DNA of 60,385 nt, the filler included, from Basidiobolus meristosporus CBS 931.73 (taxonomy: Eukaryota; Fungi; Basidiobolomycota), in NCBI GenBank assembly GCA_002104905.1. It is 3 parts of 3 records of this genome, joined end to end, with 100 filler letters (N's around TTAATTAATTAA, not from the genome) between each part and the next. Parts side by side here need not be neighbours in the genome. Positions count along the whole stretch, not along the records: positions 24,832 to 49,161 come from MCFE01000950.1; 2 more parts are not named here. The stretch is one strand, 5' to 3'. Numbering within the stretch: position 1 is the stretch's first letter; each line of letters starts with the position of its first letter. Under the pieces are notes generated by a model, which was not told where the DNA came from, did not search any database, and saw nothing but the letters and a program-made list of their open reading frames with translations. Positions 37,595-49,261 of this stretch are shown here, piece after piece. Position numbers and translations under genes: made by a program.

Positions 37595-37667
37595 CGAGCA
37601 TACCAGGGATCGAACCTGGAATCTCCTGATCCGTAGTCAGGCGCCTTATCCATTTGGCCATACGCCC
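37595..37667 (-). tRNA. tRNA-Arg(ACG)
   Basis: Array copy in the inverted sub-array. Confidence 0.95.
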
Positions 37668-37975
37668 ATTTCAGCAAGAAGAAACCACTTTCTTTACAAA
37701 AAGCACACAATAATGATAACGCCAAGTAGAATATCAATATTATTTTGCTTCGCAGAACATGGTGAATGTGTCATTGATTCTATGTAGGCACAAACTAGAG
37801 CTCAAACACGGATAAATATCCTTACATCTATGACATGCCAAGCAGAATACAGGAAACTTTTTAATGGTTATGTCACCAAGTCAAAAAGGGCCTATCAAAA
37901 ATATCAACGGGACACCCGATAGTCCAAACTGGTGATCACATATTTTCTGTATCGAGAATTAATGCCAAAAAAAAG

Positions 37976-38047
37976 CTCTCAGACCGGGAATTGAACCCGG
38001 GTCTCCCGCGTGACAGGCGGGGATACTTACCACTATACTATCTGAGA
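37976..38047 (-). tRNA. tRNA-Asp(GTC)
   Basis: Array copy. Confidence 0.95.
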
Positions 38048-38370
38048 ATTGGTTGTGAAGATACAAAGATTATACAACAAGAGTACTCTGTTGGCAAAGT
38101 AAAGCCTCATGCGTTGGCATGTACATTTACAATACTACAAGCATAAATACGTATTTCGTGAAATGCCTTGCAATCAGGGTATAGGTGCTTATATTTTTAT
38201 ATACTGGATTTGGGTTAGGGAGTGACTGGGTGCGCATATAACATCATAAGCACAACATTGGGACCACCCGAATATTAAACTTGTGACCACTTAAGCAACA
38301 ATAGTCCACACAATGCTAGGGAATCTTTAGCTGATACACAAAAAGATCAATAATAAAGGATAAAAGATAA

Positions 38371-38444
38371 TGCTCACAGCAGGGGTCGAACCTGCGACCT
38401 TGGCGTTATTAGCACCACGCTCTAACCAACTGAGCTATGCGAGC
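38371..38444 (-). tRNA. tRNA-Ile(AAT)
   Basis: Array copy. Confidence 0.95.
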
Positions 38445-38637
38445 TTTCGAGAGATTTCCATCTTGAATGTAATATAACTCATGCCATCAAAAAGATAACT
38501 CGGGCAACAAAAGCTTGATTGCCACAGTAGGATAGTGCAAAATAGAGACGTTCCACATAACACAGGTGCAATCAAAAAAGCAAATATATATATATATAGA
38601 TATAGGTATTCATCGTCCAGAATGAGAAAAAGAGAAG

Positions 38638-38709
38638 TGAGGAGTGCGTGATTTGAACACGCAACCTTTCGCTCTGGAGGCGAACGCGCTACCGTTGCGC
38701 CAACCCCCC
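38638..38709 (-). tRNA. tRNA-Trp(CCA)
   Basis: Array copy. Confidence 0.93.
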
Positions 38710-38994
38710 ACTTTCCATAGCTTCCCAAGCTTAGTTTGATTCGTCTTCAACACCACCTTCATATTTGTACTGACCAAATAAATGGGATTAATTTAGGATA
38801 TCTGCGATAGCTTGTAAATAGTAAAATAATTTTTTGGTAACTCTATATGCACATTCTCCCTCGTATTGGTAAGCACCGCACAACATAAGAATTGGATGAC
38901 ACAAAATATGATTGTACTCTCGAAGTTTCCTCACATACAATCGCAAGTCACGTATAAAGCAAATTAATGTTAAAAAGCGCTATAAATCAAGCAT

Positions 38995-39068
38995 GTCTTC
39001 GTGGTGTAGTTGGTTATCACGTCTGTCTAACACACAGACGGTCCTCGGTTCGAATCCGAGCGAAGACA
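38995..39068 (+). tRNA. tRNA-Val(AAC)
   Basis: Array copy. Confidence 0.95.
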
Positions 39069-39441
39069 TCTCTTTTATCTCGCTAGCTGTTTCATTTTGA
39101 TGGTCTATAGTTTAATTGGAGTAAGTGCATAGATAAAAGACATGGTACGAACATAGTGTACAAATGAGTGTGGTCTGACCAAGGAGCAGCCTCGGTAACT
39201 TACCAACTAATAGGACCGACATTTAGTGCGTGAATGCAGTATAGATAGTTACCAGAGTACACTCATCATGTGTACAATACACGAGTTTACATTCATACTT
39301 GTTGCCTCATTCTCGATAGTAAATATAGACTCGTAGCATCTACAAGAGAGTAGAGAAGCGGGCAGGTAAATATAAAGACGTTCATTTCTAAAATGGGTCA
39401 CAAAATGAGATAGATGTGTATCTCCAAATATTCACATATTT

Positions 39442-39514
39442 GGGGGTCTAGCTCAGATGGTAGAGCGCTCGCTTAGCATGCGAGAGGCACTGGGATCGAT
39501 ACCCAGGTCCTCCA
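39442..39514 (+). tRNA. tRNA-Ala(AGC)
   Basis: Array copy. Confidence 0.95.
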
Positions 39515-39662
39515 TTTTGAACCAAAGCACTGCTTGGGATAACTTTTGGCTACGAACTCGAGGATATTTGGTGCTCGCAAGTAGTAGAGGTCGTCGTATT
39601 GTTATGCGTAGCATGCAAGTTGTAAAACGATGAAGACCAAAATCCATAAAAGTAATAAAAGA

Positions 39663-39734
39663 AGGACGCAGGCGGATTTGAACCACCGACCTATTGATCT
39701 GCAGTCAATTGCTCTACCACTGAGCTATACGTCC
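39663..39734 (-). tRNA. tRNA-Cys(GCA)
   Basis: Array copy. Confidence 0.95.
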
Positions 39735-39838
39735 AAGCTTAGGTTGCTCCAACCATTGATATACCATATACTCCAGATTCTATTATCAAGTATATTTTGA
39801 GGTAACCAATCCACGATGGATATCTAAAAAGAGTAGTG

Positions 39839-39911
39839 CACCCAACGTGGGGGTCGAACCCACAACCTTGAGATTAAGAGTCTCACGCTCTACCGATTGA
39901 GCTAGCCGGGC
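39839..39911 (-). tRNA. tRNA-Lys(CTT)
   Basis: Array copy. Confidence 0.95.
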
Positions 39912-40217
39912 TTATATTAATACTCACGCGTAGGTACCTGTAATGTTTCTTACGGAAACATGGAGTGAAATATCCTTGACTATATTATGTGCTAGAGTGA
40001 AGCGAGAAAAGCCAAAGATACTCTTTATACCCAGAAAAGTACAGAATCTTGCTTTGCTGAAGGTGGCATTTCAACTCATTTTCCATTAAAGTGTACTCCG
40101 CGTAACTTAAATCCGGCATATGGCTGTGAGGTGGAACATTGACAGGAATTTTCTTGTCAGATACTATACGGAAGAATATACAGCTTTGAATCTAGGTGAA
40201 GAATGCCCAAGTGTGAA

Positions 40218-40291
40218 GCTCTTGTGGCGCAATTGGCTAGCGCGTCTGACTGTTAATCAGGAGGTTGGTGGTTCAAGCCCACCCAGGAGCG
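40218..40291 (+). tRNA. tRNA-Asn(GTT)
   Basis: Array copy. Confidence 0.95.
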
Positions 40292-40431
40292 TTCCTTTTC
40301 TTTTTGAATACGCATTTTAGAATTGGCTCGTAGCAAACTAGTTAACATGTATGTCCCATTTATTTTCATTCCACAAGTAGATTCTCTTCGAAAATAAAAA
40401 TATCGTAATGCTTACCAAAATAATTAAAAAG

Positions 40432-40514
40432 TCCGAACACCCGGATTTGAACCAGGGACCTAAAGATTGCTATAACACTACAGTCTTCCGCTCTACCAAC
40501 TGAGCTATGTTCGG
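40432..40514 (-). tRNA. tRNA-Tyr(GTA), intron-containing
   Basis: Array copy. Confidence 0.93.
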
Positions 40515-40788
40515 AATATACTTAATTTTGGGTTTTATCTTACTAAATGCATTATACTTACTATCTATCTGCCCAACATACCATCATGCGGACCCTGTAA
40601 TACTTGTCAAATTTGATCTCCGATATTACTACTTTTGCAAAAAAAAAACCATCTCCAAAAGGCGTTCGAACAAATAATCATTAAAACCGAGGCTGGATGA
40701 AGTAAAGCTGGCCACGCTCTGAAAGGCTTTCTTTAGTAGGTCCAGTGCAAAATGGTACATCTCTCTGAGGTAATATAAGATGTAAAAA

Positions 40789-40861
40789 TGCCTTCTGCCG
40801 GAATCGAACCAGCGACCTTCTGCTTACTAGGCAGACGCTCTGCCAACTGAGCCAAGGAGGC
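40789..40861 (-). tRNA. tRNA-Thr(AGT)
   Basis: Array copy. Confidence 0.93.
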
Positions 40862-41524
40862 ATTATTATGGGTTTACGCACATGAACCTAATTTGTATTT
40901 CAAGAAACTCTAGTTCAACCCTGTCTGATAGATTTTCGAGCGCAGCGCACTTGACAAGTAGCACCATCACCAACCAAAGCATCTTGTATGGCAACGTATA
41001 TCTTTATACAATCATGGAGTGCTTCAGGCCTTCTTACGGTTCACTTCAATTCATTCTTGATGTAGGGTGGGCAAATTAATCTAGCTTAGGTTTCCAGTGA
41101 TGTTGGCCTTGTTGATTAGATGCAGCGCAAAAAGAACAGGTTCGACTCCGTGGTGTGGATATGATTTAGGTAATACCTAAGCGCCAGAGGTGGAAGCCGG
41201 TTATGCATAAATTTTAGAAAATCGTAGCCGAAAATTTCCACCCGTGTCCAGCCTAAAAGTATATGTTTTCCGGAACCCTAGACTGGGGCGGAGCTGAAGA
41301 CAATGTGCTAATACGCTAGCCAGCAAACCCATTTTACTGGGAAAGTGTTAAGAGGTGGAATATAGTGGCTAGTAAAAGAGGAAACCACAAAGCCAATTTG
41401 AATAAAGATATTAAATGCCACAGCACACATGACCAATTTGGAAGTTGATTGTAGCGGCAAATTGAGGGATTGTACTGAGTGTGCCACTTTATTGTAGAGT
41501 GGAAATCATAAAAGGTTGTCAAAA

Positions 41525-41595
41525 TGCATACTCGGGGAATCGAACCCCGGTCTACCGCGTGGCAGGCGGTAATTATACCACTAAACCAAGTATGC
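41525..41595 (-). tRNA. tRNA-Gly(GCC)
   Basis: Array copy. Confidence 0.95.
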
Positions 41596-41921
41596 TATAG
41601 ACAGCTTAAAGGTGAGCTTGATAGTATGTTTATCAATTAATAACGAGGGAAATAAACTTTTGTAGATGAGCAAGGCGTTTATTAACAATGTTCTACTTTC
41701 AAAAGCTATGCTGTCTTACACGTTTCCCTGATATATGTTTAATAAACATACGCAAACACTATTCCCGTTAGCGCGGTGCAATGATGATACCATGTCAATG
41801 AATATATGCGTTCTATTGAGATTGTACTCTACAGCTTCCTCAATACTCTTACGGCAATCATGGTTAGCGCAAAAATGAAGCAGAAACCCTGGGCAATCGA
41901 TCAAGGATTGGCAAAAAAGAA

Positions 41922-41994
41922 CGAGCATACCAGGGATCGAACCTGGAATCTCCTGATCCGTAGTCAGGCGCCTTATCCATTTGGCCATACGCCC
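41922..41994 (-). tRNA. tRNA-Arg(ACG)
   Basis: Array copy. Confidence 0.95.
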
Positions 41995-42302
41995 ATTTCA
42001 GCAAGAAGAAACCACTTTCTTTACAAAAAGCACACAATAATGATAACGCCAAGTAGAATATCAATATTATTTTGCTTCGCAGAACATGGTGAATGTGTCA
42101 TTGATTCTATGTAGGCACAAACTAGAGCTCAAACACGGATAAATATCCTTACATCTATGACATGCCAAGCAGAATACAGGAAACTTTTTAATGGTTATGT
42201 CACCAAGTCAAAAAGGGCCTATCAAAAATATCAACGGGACACCCGATAGTCCAAACTGGTGATCACATATTTTCTGTATCGAGAATTAATGCCAAAAAAA
42301 AG

Positions 42303-42374
42303 CTCTCAGACCGGGAATTGAACCCGGGTCTCCCGCGTGACAGGCGGGGATACTTACCACTATACTATCTGAGA
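42303..42374 (-). tRNA. tRNA-Asp(GTC)
   Basis: Array copy. Confidence 0.95.
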
Positions 42375-42697
42375 ATTGGTTGTGAAGATACAAAGATTAT
42401 ACAACAAGAGTACTCTGTTGGCAAAGTAAAGCCTCATGCGTTGGCATGTACATTTACAATACTACAAGCATAAATACGTATTTCGTGAAATGCCTTGCAA
42501 TCAGGGTATAGGTGCTTATATTTTTATATACTGGATTTGGGTTAGGGAGTGACTGGGTGCGCATATAACATCATAAGCACAACATTGGGACCACCCGAAT
42601 ATTAAACTTGTGACCACTTAAGCAACAATAGTCCACACAATGCTAGGGAATCTTTAGCTGATACACAAAAAGATCAATAATAAAGGATAAAAGATAA

Positions 42698-42771
42698 TGC
42701 TCACAGCAGGGGTCGAACCTGCGACCTTGGCGTTATTAGCACCACGCTCTAACCAACTGAGCTATGCGAGC
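42698..42771 (-). tRNA. tRNA-Ile(AAT)
   Basis: Array copy. Confidence 0.95.
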
Positions 42772-42964
42772 TTTCGAGAGATTTCCATCTTGAATGTAAT
42801 ATAACTCATGCCATCAAAAAGATAACTCGGGCAACAAAAGCTTGATTGCCACAGTAGGATAGTGCAAAATAGAGACGTTCCACATAACACAGGTGCAATC
42901 AAAAAAGCAAATATATATATATATAGATATAGGTATTCATCGTCCAGAATGAGAAAAAGAGAAG

Positions 42965-43036
42965 TGAGGAGTGCGTGATTTGAACACGCAACCTTTCGCT
43001 CTGGAGGCGAACGCGCTACCGTTGCGCCAACCCCCC
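42965..43036 (-). tRNA. tRNA-Trp(CCA)
   Basis: Array copy. Confidence 0.93.
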
Positions 43037-43321
43037 ACTTTCCATAGCTTCCCAAGCTTAGTTTGATTCGTCTTCAACACCACCTTCATATTTGTACTGA
43101 CCAAATAAATGGGATTAATTTAGGATATCTGCGATAGCTTGTAAATAGTAAAATAATTTTTTGGTAACTCTATATGCACATTCTCCCTCGTATTGGTAAG
43201 CACCGCACAACATAAGAATTGGATGACACAAAATATGATTGTACTCTCGAAGTTTCCTCACATACAATCGCAAGTCACGTATAAAGCAAATTAATGTTAA
43301 AAAGCGCTATAAATCAAGCAT

Positions 43322-43395
43322 GTCTTCGTGGTGTAGTTGGTTATCACGTCTGTCTAACACACAGACGGTCCTCGGTTCGAATCCGAGCGAAGACA
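43322..43395 (+). tRNA. tRNA-Val(AAC)
   Basis: Array copy. Confidence 0.95.
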
Positions 43396-43768
43396 TCTCT
43401 TTTATCTCGCTAGCTGTTTGATTTTGATGGTCTATAGTTTAATTGGAGTAAGTGCATAGATAAAAGACATGGTACGAACATAGTGTACAAATGAGTGTGG
43501 TCTGACCAAGGAGCAGCCTCGGTAACTTACCAACTAATAGGACCGACATTTAGTGCGTGAATGCAGTATAGATAGTTACCAGGGTACACTCATCATGTGT
43601 ACAATACACGAGTTTACATTCATACTTGTTGCCTCATTCTCGATAGTAAATATAGACTCGTAGCATCTACAAGAGAGTAGAGAAGCGGGCAGGTAAATAT
43701 AAAGACGTTCATTTCTAAAATGGGTCACAAAATGAGATAGATGTGTATCTCCATATATTCACATATTT

Positions 43769-43841
43769 GGGGGTCTAGCTCAGATGGTAGAGCGCTCGCT
43801 TAGCATGCGAGAGGCACTGGGATCGATACCCAGGTCCTCCA
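43769..43841 (+). tRNA. tRNA-Ala(AGC)
   Basis: Array copy. Confidence 0.95.
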
Positions 43842-43989
43842 TTTTGAACCAAAGCACTGCTTGGGATAACTTTTGGCTACGAACTCGAGGATATTTGGTG
43901 CTCGCAAGTAGTAGAGGTCGTCGTATTGTTATGCGTAGCATGCAAGTTGTAAAACGATGAAGACCAAAATCCATAAAAGTAATAAAAGA

Positions 43990-44061
43990 AGGACGCAGGC
44001 GGATTTGAACCACCGACCTATTGATCTGCAGTCAATTGCTCTACCACTGAGCTATACGTCC
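43990..44061 (-). tRNA. tRNA-Cys(GCA)
   Basis: Array copy. Confidence 0.95.
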
Positions 44062-44165
44062 AAGCTTAGGTTGCTCCAACCATTGATATACCATATACTC
44101 CAGATTCGATTATCAAGTATATTTTGAGGTAACCAATCCACGATGGATATCTAAAAAGAGTAGTG

Positions 44166-44238
44166 CACCCAACGTGGGGGTCGAACCCACAACCTTGAGA
44201 TTAAGAGTCTCACGCTCTACCGATTGAGCTAGCCGGGC
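44166..44238 (-). tRNA. tRNA-Lys(CTT)
   Basis: Array copy. Confidence 0.95.
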
Positions 44239-44544
44239 TTATATTGATACTCACGCGTAGGTACCTGTAATGTTTCTTACGGAAACATGGAGTGAAATAT
44301 CCTTAACTATATTGTGTGCTAGAGTGAAGCGAGAAAAGCCAAAGATACTCTTTATACCCAGAAAAGTACAGAATCTTGCTTTGCTGAAGGTGGCATTTCA
44401 ACTCATTTTCCATTAAAGTGTACTCCGCGTAACTTAAATCCGGCATATGGCTGTGAGGTGGAACATTGACAGGAATTTTCTTGTCAGATACTATACGGAA
44501 GAATATACAGCTTTGAATCTAGGTGAAGAATGCCCAAGTGTGAA

Positions 44545-44618
44545 GCTCTTGTGGCGCAATTGGCTAGCGCGTCTGACTGTTAATCAGGAGGTTGGTGGTT
44601 CAAGCCCACCCAGGAGCG
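44545..44618 (+). tRNA. tRNA-Asn(GTT)
   Basis: Array copy. Confidence 0.95.
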
Positions 44619-44758
44619 TTCCTTTTCTTTTTGAATACGCATTTTAGAATTGGCTCGTAGCAAACTAGTTAACATGTATGTCCCATTTATTTTCATTCCA
44701 CAAGTAGATTCTCTTCGAAAATAAAAATATCGTAATGCTTACCAAAATAATTAAAAAG

Positions 44759-44841
44759 TCCGAACACCCGGATTTGAACCAGGGACCTAAAGATTGCTAT
44801 AACACTACAGTCTTCCGCTCTACCAACTGAGCTATGTTCGG
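44759..44841 (-). tRNA. tRNA-Tyr(GTA), intron-containing
   Basis: Array copy. Confidence 0.93.
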
Positions 44842-45115
44842 AATATACTTAATTTTGGGTTTTATCTTACTAAATGCATTATACTTACTATCTATCTGCC
44901 CAACATACCATCATGCGGACCCTGTAATACTTGTCAAATTTGATCTCCGATATTACTACTTTTGCAAAAAAAAAACCATCTCCAAAAGGCGTTCGAACAA
45001 ATAATCATTAAAACCGAGGCTGGATGAAGTAAAGCTGGCCACGCTCTGAAAGGCTTTCTTTAGTAGGTCCAGTGCAAAATGGTACATCTCTCTGAGGTAA
45101 TATAAGATGTAAAAA

Positions 45116-45188
45116 TGCCTTCTGCCGGAATCGAACCAGCGACCTTCTGCTTACTAGGCAGACGCTCTGCCAACTGAGCCAAGGAGGC
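45116..45188 (-). tRNA. tRNA-Thr(AGT)
   Basis: Array copy. Confidence 0.93.
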
Positions 45189-45852
45189 ATTATTATGGGT
45201 TTACGCACATGAACCTAATTTGTATTTCAAGAAACTCTAGTTCAACCCTGTCTGATAGATTTTCGAGCGCAGCGCACTTGACAAGTAGCACCATCACCAA
45301 CCAAAGCATCTTGTATGGCAACGTATATCTTTATACAATCATGGAGTGCTTCAGGCCTTCTTACGGTTCACTTCAATTCATTCTTGATGTAGGGTGGGCA
45401 AATTAATCTAGCTTAAGGTTTCCAGTGATGTTGGCCTTGTTGATTAGATGCAGCGCAAAAAGAACAGGTTCGACTCCGTGGTGTGGATATGATTTAGGTA
45501 ATACCTAAGCGCCAGAGGTGGAAGCCGGTTATGCATAAATTTTAGAAAATCGTAGCCGAAAATTTCCACCCGTGTCCAGCCTAAAAGTATATGTTTTCCG
45601 GAACCCTAGACTGGGGCGGAGCTGAAGACAATGTGCTAATACGCTAGCCAGCAAACCCATTTTACTGGGAAAGTGTTAAGAGGTGGAATATAGTGGCTAG
45701 TAAAAGAGGAAACCACAAAGCCAATTTGAATAAAGATATTAAATGCCACAGCACACATGACCAATTTGGAAGTTGATTGTAGCGGCAAATTGAGGGATTG
45801 TACTGAGTGTGCCACTTTATTGTAGAGTGGAAATCATAAAAGGTTGTCAAAA

Positions 45853-45923
45853 TGCATACTCGGGGAATCGAACCCCGGTCTACCGCGTGGCAGGCGGTAA
45901 TTATACCACTAAACCAAGTATGC
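45853..45923 (-). tRNA. tRNA-Gly(GCC)
   Basis: Array copy. Confidence 0.95.
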
Positions 45924-46250
45924 TATAGACAGCTTAAAGGTGAGCTTGATAGTATGTTTATCAATTAATAACGAGGGAAATAAACTTTTGTAGATGAGCA
46001 AGGCGTTTATTAACAATGTTCTACTTTCAAAAGCTATGCTGTCTTACACGTTTCCCTGATATATGTTTAATAAACATACGCAAACACTATTCCCGTTAGC
46101 GCGGTGCAATGATGATACCATGTCAATGAATATATGCGTTCTATTGAGATTGTACTCTACAGCTTCCTCAATACTCTTACGGCAATCATGGTTAGCGCAA
46201 AAATGAAGCAGAAACCCCTGGGCAATCGATCAAGGATTGGCAAAAAAGAA

Positions 46251-46323
46251 CGAGCATACCAGGGATCGAACCTGGAATCTCCTGATCCGTAGTCAGGCGC
46301 CTTATCCATTTGGCCATACGCCC
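46251..46323 (-). tRNA. tRNA-Arg(ACG)
   Basis: Array copy. Confidence 0.95.
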
Positions 46324-46631
46324 ATTTCAGCAAGAAGAAACCACTTTCTTTACAAAAAGCACACAATAATGATAACGCCAAGTAGAATATCAATATTATT
46401 TTGCTTCGCAGAACATGGTGAATGTGTCATTGATTCTATGTAGGCACAAACTAGAGCTCAAACACGGATAAATATCCTTACATCTATGACATGCCAAGCA
46501 GAATACAGGAAACTTTTTAATGGTTATGTCACCAAGTCAAAAAGGGCCTATCAAAAATATCAACGGGACACCCGATAGTCCAAACTGGTGATCACATATT
46601 TTCTGTATCGAGAATTAATGCCAAAAAAAAG

Positions 46632-46703
46632 CTCTCAGACCGGGAATTGAACCCGGGTCTCCCGCGTGACAGGCGGGGATACTTACCACTATACTATCTG
46701 AGA
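46632..46703 (-). tRNA. tRNA-Asp(GTC)
   Basis: Array copy. Confidence 0.95.
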
Positions 46704-47026
46704 ATTGGTTGTGAAGATACAAAGATTATACAACAAGAGTACTCTGTTGGCAAAGTAAAGCCTCATGCGTTGGCATGTACATTTACAATACTACAAGCAT
46801 AAATACGTATTTCGTGAAATGCCTTGCAATCAGGGTATAGGTGCTTATATTTTTATATACTGGATTTGGGTTAGGGAGTGACTGGGTGCGCATATAACAT
46901 CATAAGCACAACATTGGGACCACCCGAATATTAAACTTGTGACCACTTAAGCAACAATAGTCCACACAATGCTAGGGAATCTTTAGCTGATACACAAAAA
47001 GATCAATAATAAAGGATAAAAGATAA

Positions 47027-47100
47027 TGCTCACAGCAGGGGTCGAACCTGCGACCTTGGCGTTATTAGCACCACGCTCTAACCAACTGAGCTATGCGAGC
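47027..47100 (-). tRNA. tRNA-Ile(AAT)
   Basis: Array copy. Confidence 0.95.
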
Positions 47101-47293
47101 TTTCGAGAGATTTCCATCTTGAATGTAATATAACTCATGCCATCAAAAAGATAACTCGGGCAACAAAAGCTTGATTGCCACAGTAGGATAGTGCAAAATA
47201 GAGACGTTCCACATAACACAGGTGCAATCAAAAAAGCAAATATATATATATATAGATATAGGTATTCATCGTCCAGAATGAGAAAAAGAGAAG

Positions 47294-47365
47294 TGAGGAG
47301 TGCGTGATTTGAACACGCAACCTTTCGCTCTGGAGGCGAACGCGCTACCGTTGCGCCAACCCCCC
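47294..47365 (-). tRNA. tRNA-Trp(CCA)
   Basis: Array copy. Confidence 0.93.
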
Positions 47366-47650
47366 ACTTTCCATAGCTTCCCAAGCTTAGTTTGATTCGT
47401 CTTCAACACCACCTTCATATTTGTACTGACCAAATAAATGGGATTAATTTAGGATATCTGCGATAGCTTGTAAATAGTAAAATAATTTTTTGGTAACTCT
47501 ATATGCACATTCTCCCTCGTATTGGTAAGCACCGCACAACATAAGAATTGGATGACACAAAATATGATTGTACTCTCGAAGTTTCCTCACATACAATCGC
47601 AAGTCACGTATAAAGCAAATTAATGTTAAAAAGCGCTATAAATCAAGCAT

Positions 47651-47724
47651 GTCTTCGTGGTGTAGTTGGTTATCACGTCTGTCTAACACACAGACGGTCC
47701 TCGGTTCGAATCCGAGCGAAGACA
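47651..47724 (+). tRNA. tRNA-Val(AAC)
   Basis: Array copy. Confidence 0.95.
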
Positions 47725-48097
47725 TCTCTTTTATCTCGCTAGCTGTTTGATTTTGATGGTCTATAGTTTAATTGGAGTAAGTGCATAGATAAAAGACATG
47801 GTACGAACATAGTGTACAAATGAGTGTGGTCTGACCAAGGAGCAGCCTCGGTAACTTACCAACTAATAGGACCGACATTTAGTGCGTGAATGCAGTATAG
47901 ATAGTTACCAGGGTACACTCATCATGTGTACAATACACGAGTTTACATTCATACTTGTTGCCTCATTCTCGATAGTAAATATAGACTCGTAGCATCTACA
48001 AGAGAGTAGAGAAGCGGGCAGGTAAATATAAAGACGTTCATTTCTAAAATGGGTCACAAAATGAGATAGATGTGTATCTCCATATATTCACATATTT

Positions 48098-48170
48098 GGG
48101 GGTCTAGCTCAGATGGTAGAGCGCTCGCTTAGCATGCGAGAGGCACTGGGATCGATACCCAGGTCCTCCA
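48098..48170 (+). tRNA. tRNA-Ala(AGC)
   Basis: Array copy. Confidence 0.95.
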
Positions 48171-48318
48171 TTTTGAACCAAAGCACTGCTTGGGATAACT
48201 TTTGGCTACGAACTCGAGGATATTTGGTGCTCGCAAGTAGTAGAGGTCGTCGTATTGTTATGCGTAGCATGCAAGTTGTAAAACGATGAAGACCAAAATC
48301 CATAAAAGTAATAAAAGA

Positions 48319-48390
48319 AGGACGCAGGCGGATTTGAACCACCGACCTATTGATCTGCAGTCAATTGCTCTACCACTGAGCTATACGTCC
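48319..48390 (-). tRNA. tRNA-Cys(GCA)
   Basis: Array copy. Confidence 0.95.
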
Positions 48391-48494
48391 AAGCTTAGGT
48401 TGCTCCAACCATTGATATACCATATACTCCAGATTCGATTATCAAGTATATTTTGAGGTAACCAATCCACGATGGATATCTAAAAAGAGTAGTG

Positions 48495-48567
48495 CACCCA
48501 ACGTGGGGGTCGAACCCACAACCTTGAGATTAAGAGTCTCACGCTCTACCGATTGAGCTAGCCGGGC
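48495..48567 (-). tRNA. tRNA-Lys(CTT)
   Basis: Array copy. Confidence 0.95.
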
Positions 48568-48873
48568 TTATATTGATACTCACGCGTAGGTACCTGTAAT
48601 GTTTCTTACGGAAACATGGAGTGAAATATCCTTAACTATATTGTGTGCTAGAGTGAAGCGAGAAAAGCCAAAGATACTCTTTATACCCAGAAAAGTACAG
48701 AATCTTGCTTTGCTGAAGGTGGCATTTCAACTCATTTTCCATTAAAGTGTACTCCGCGTAACTTAAATCCGGCATATGGCTGTGAGGTGGAACATTGACA
48801 GGAATTTTCTTGTCAGATACTATACGGAAGAATATACAGCTTTGAATCTAGGTGAAGAATGCCCAAGTGTGAA

Positions 48874-48947
48874 GCTCTTGTGGCGCAATTGGCTAGCGCG
48901 TCTGACTGTTAATCAGGAGGTTGGTGGTTCAAGCCCACCCAGGAGCG
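48874..48947 (+). tRNA. tRNA-Asn(GTT)
   Basis: Array copy. Confidence 0.95.
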
Positions 48948-49087
48948 TTCCTTTTCTTTTTGAATACGCATTTTAGAATTGGCTCGTAGCAAACTAGTTA
49001 ACATGTATGTCCCATTTATTTTCATTCCACAAGTAGATTCTCTTCGAAAATAAAAATATCGTAATGCTTACCAAAATAATTAAAAAG

Positions 49088-49161
49088 TCCGAACACCCGG
49101 ATTTGAACCAGGGACCTAAAGATTGCTATAACACTACAGTCTTCCGCTCTACCAACTGAGC
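49088..49161 (-). tRNA. tRNA-Tyr(GTA), 5' end lost in the gap
   Basis: Array copy truncated by the N-run. Confidence 0.85.
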
Positions 49162-49261
49162 NNNNNNNNNNNNNNNNNNNNNNNNNNNNNNNNNNNNNNN
49201 NNNNNTTAATTAATTAANNNNNNNNNNNNNNNNNNNNNNNNNNNNNNNNNNNNNNNNNNNN
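49162..49261. other. Assembly gap with TTAATTAATTAA spacer
   Basis: Same structure as the gap at 24732-24831. Confidence 0.95.

Larger units (their letters stand above)
24832..49161. repeat. Tandem array of a ~4.33-kb unit carrying 12 tRNA genes, in inverted sub-arrays
   Basis: Periodicity of 4327 and 4329 bp (tRNA-Val at 38995, 43322, 47651); gene order Ala, Val, Trp, Ile, Asp, Arg, Gly, Thr, Tyr, Asn, Lys, Cys; spacers nearly identical between units. Confidence 0.95.

Noticed and set aside
24784-49000. Recurrent 60-120 aa ORFs in the array (MYSRSFLTY..., MAKKNEHTR..., MVQIRLRPS..., MGSYGKWGV...)
   Set aside because: Chance frames overlapping tRNA genes and spacers; their recurrence only reflects the DNA repeat.
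24832-49161. CRISPR-like or phage tRNA-cluster interpretation
   Set aside because: No short repeat-spacer pattern; the tRNAs are eukaryotic (no encoded CCA, intron in Tyr, Pol III T-runs) in a telomeric, LTR-rich context.
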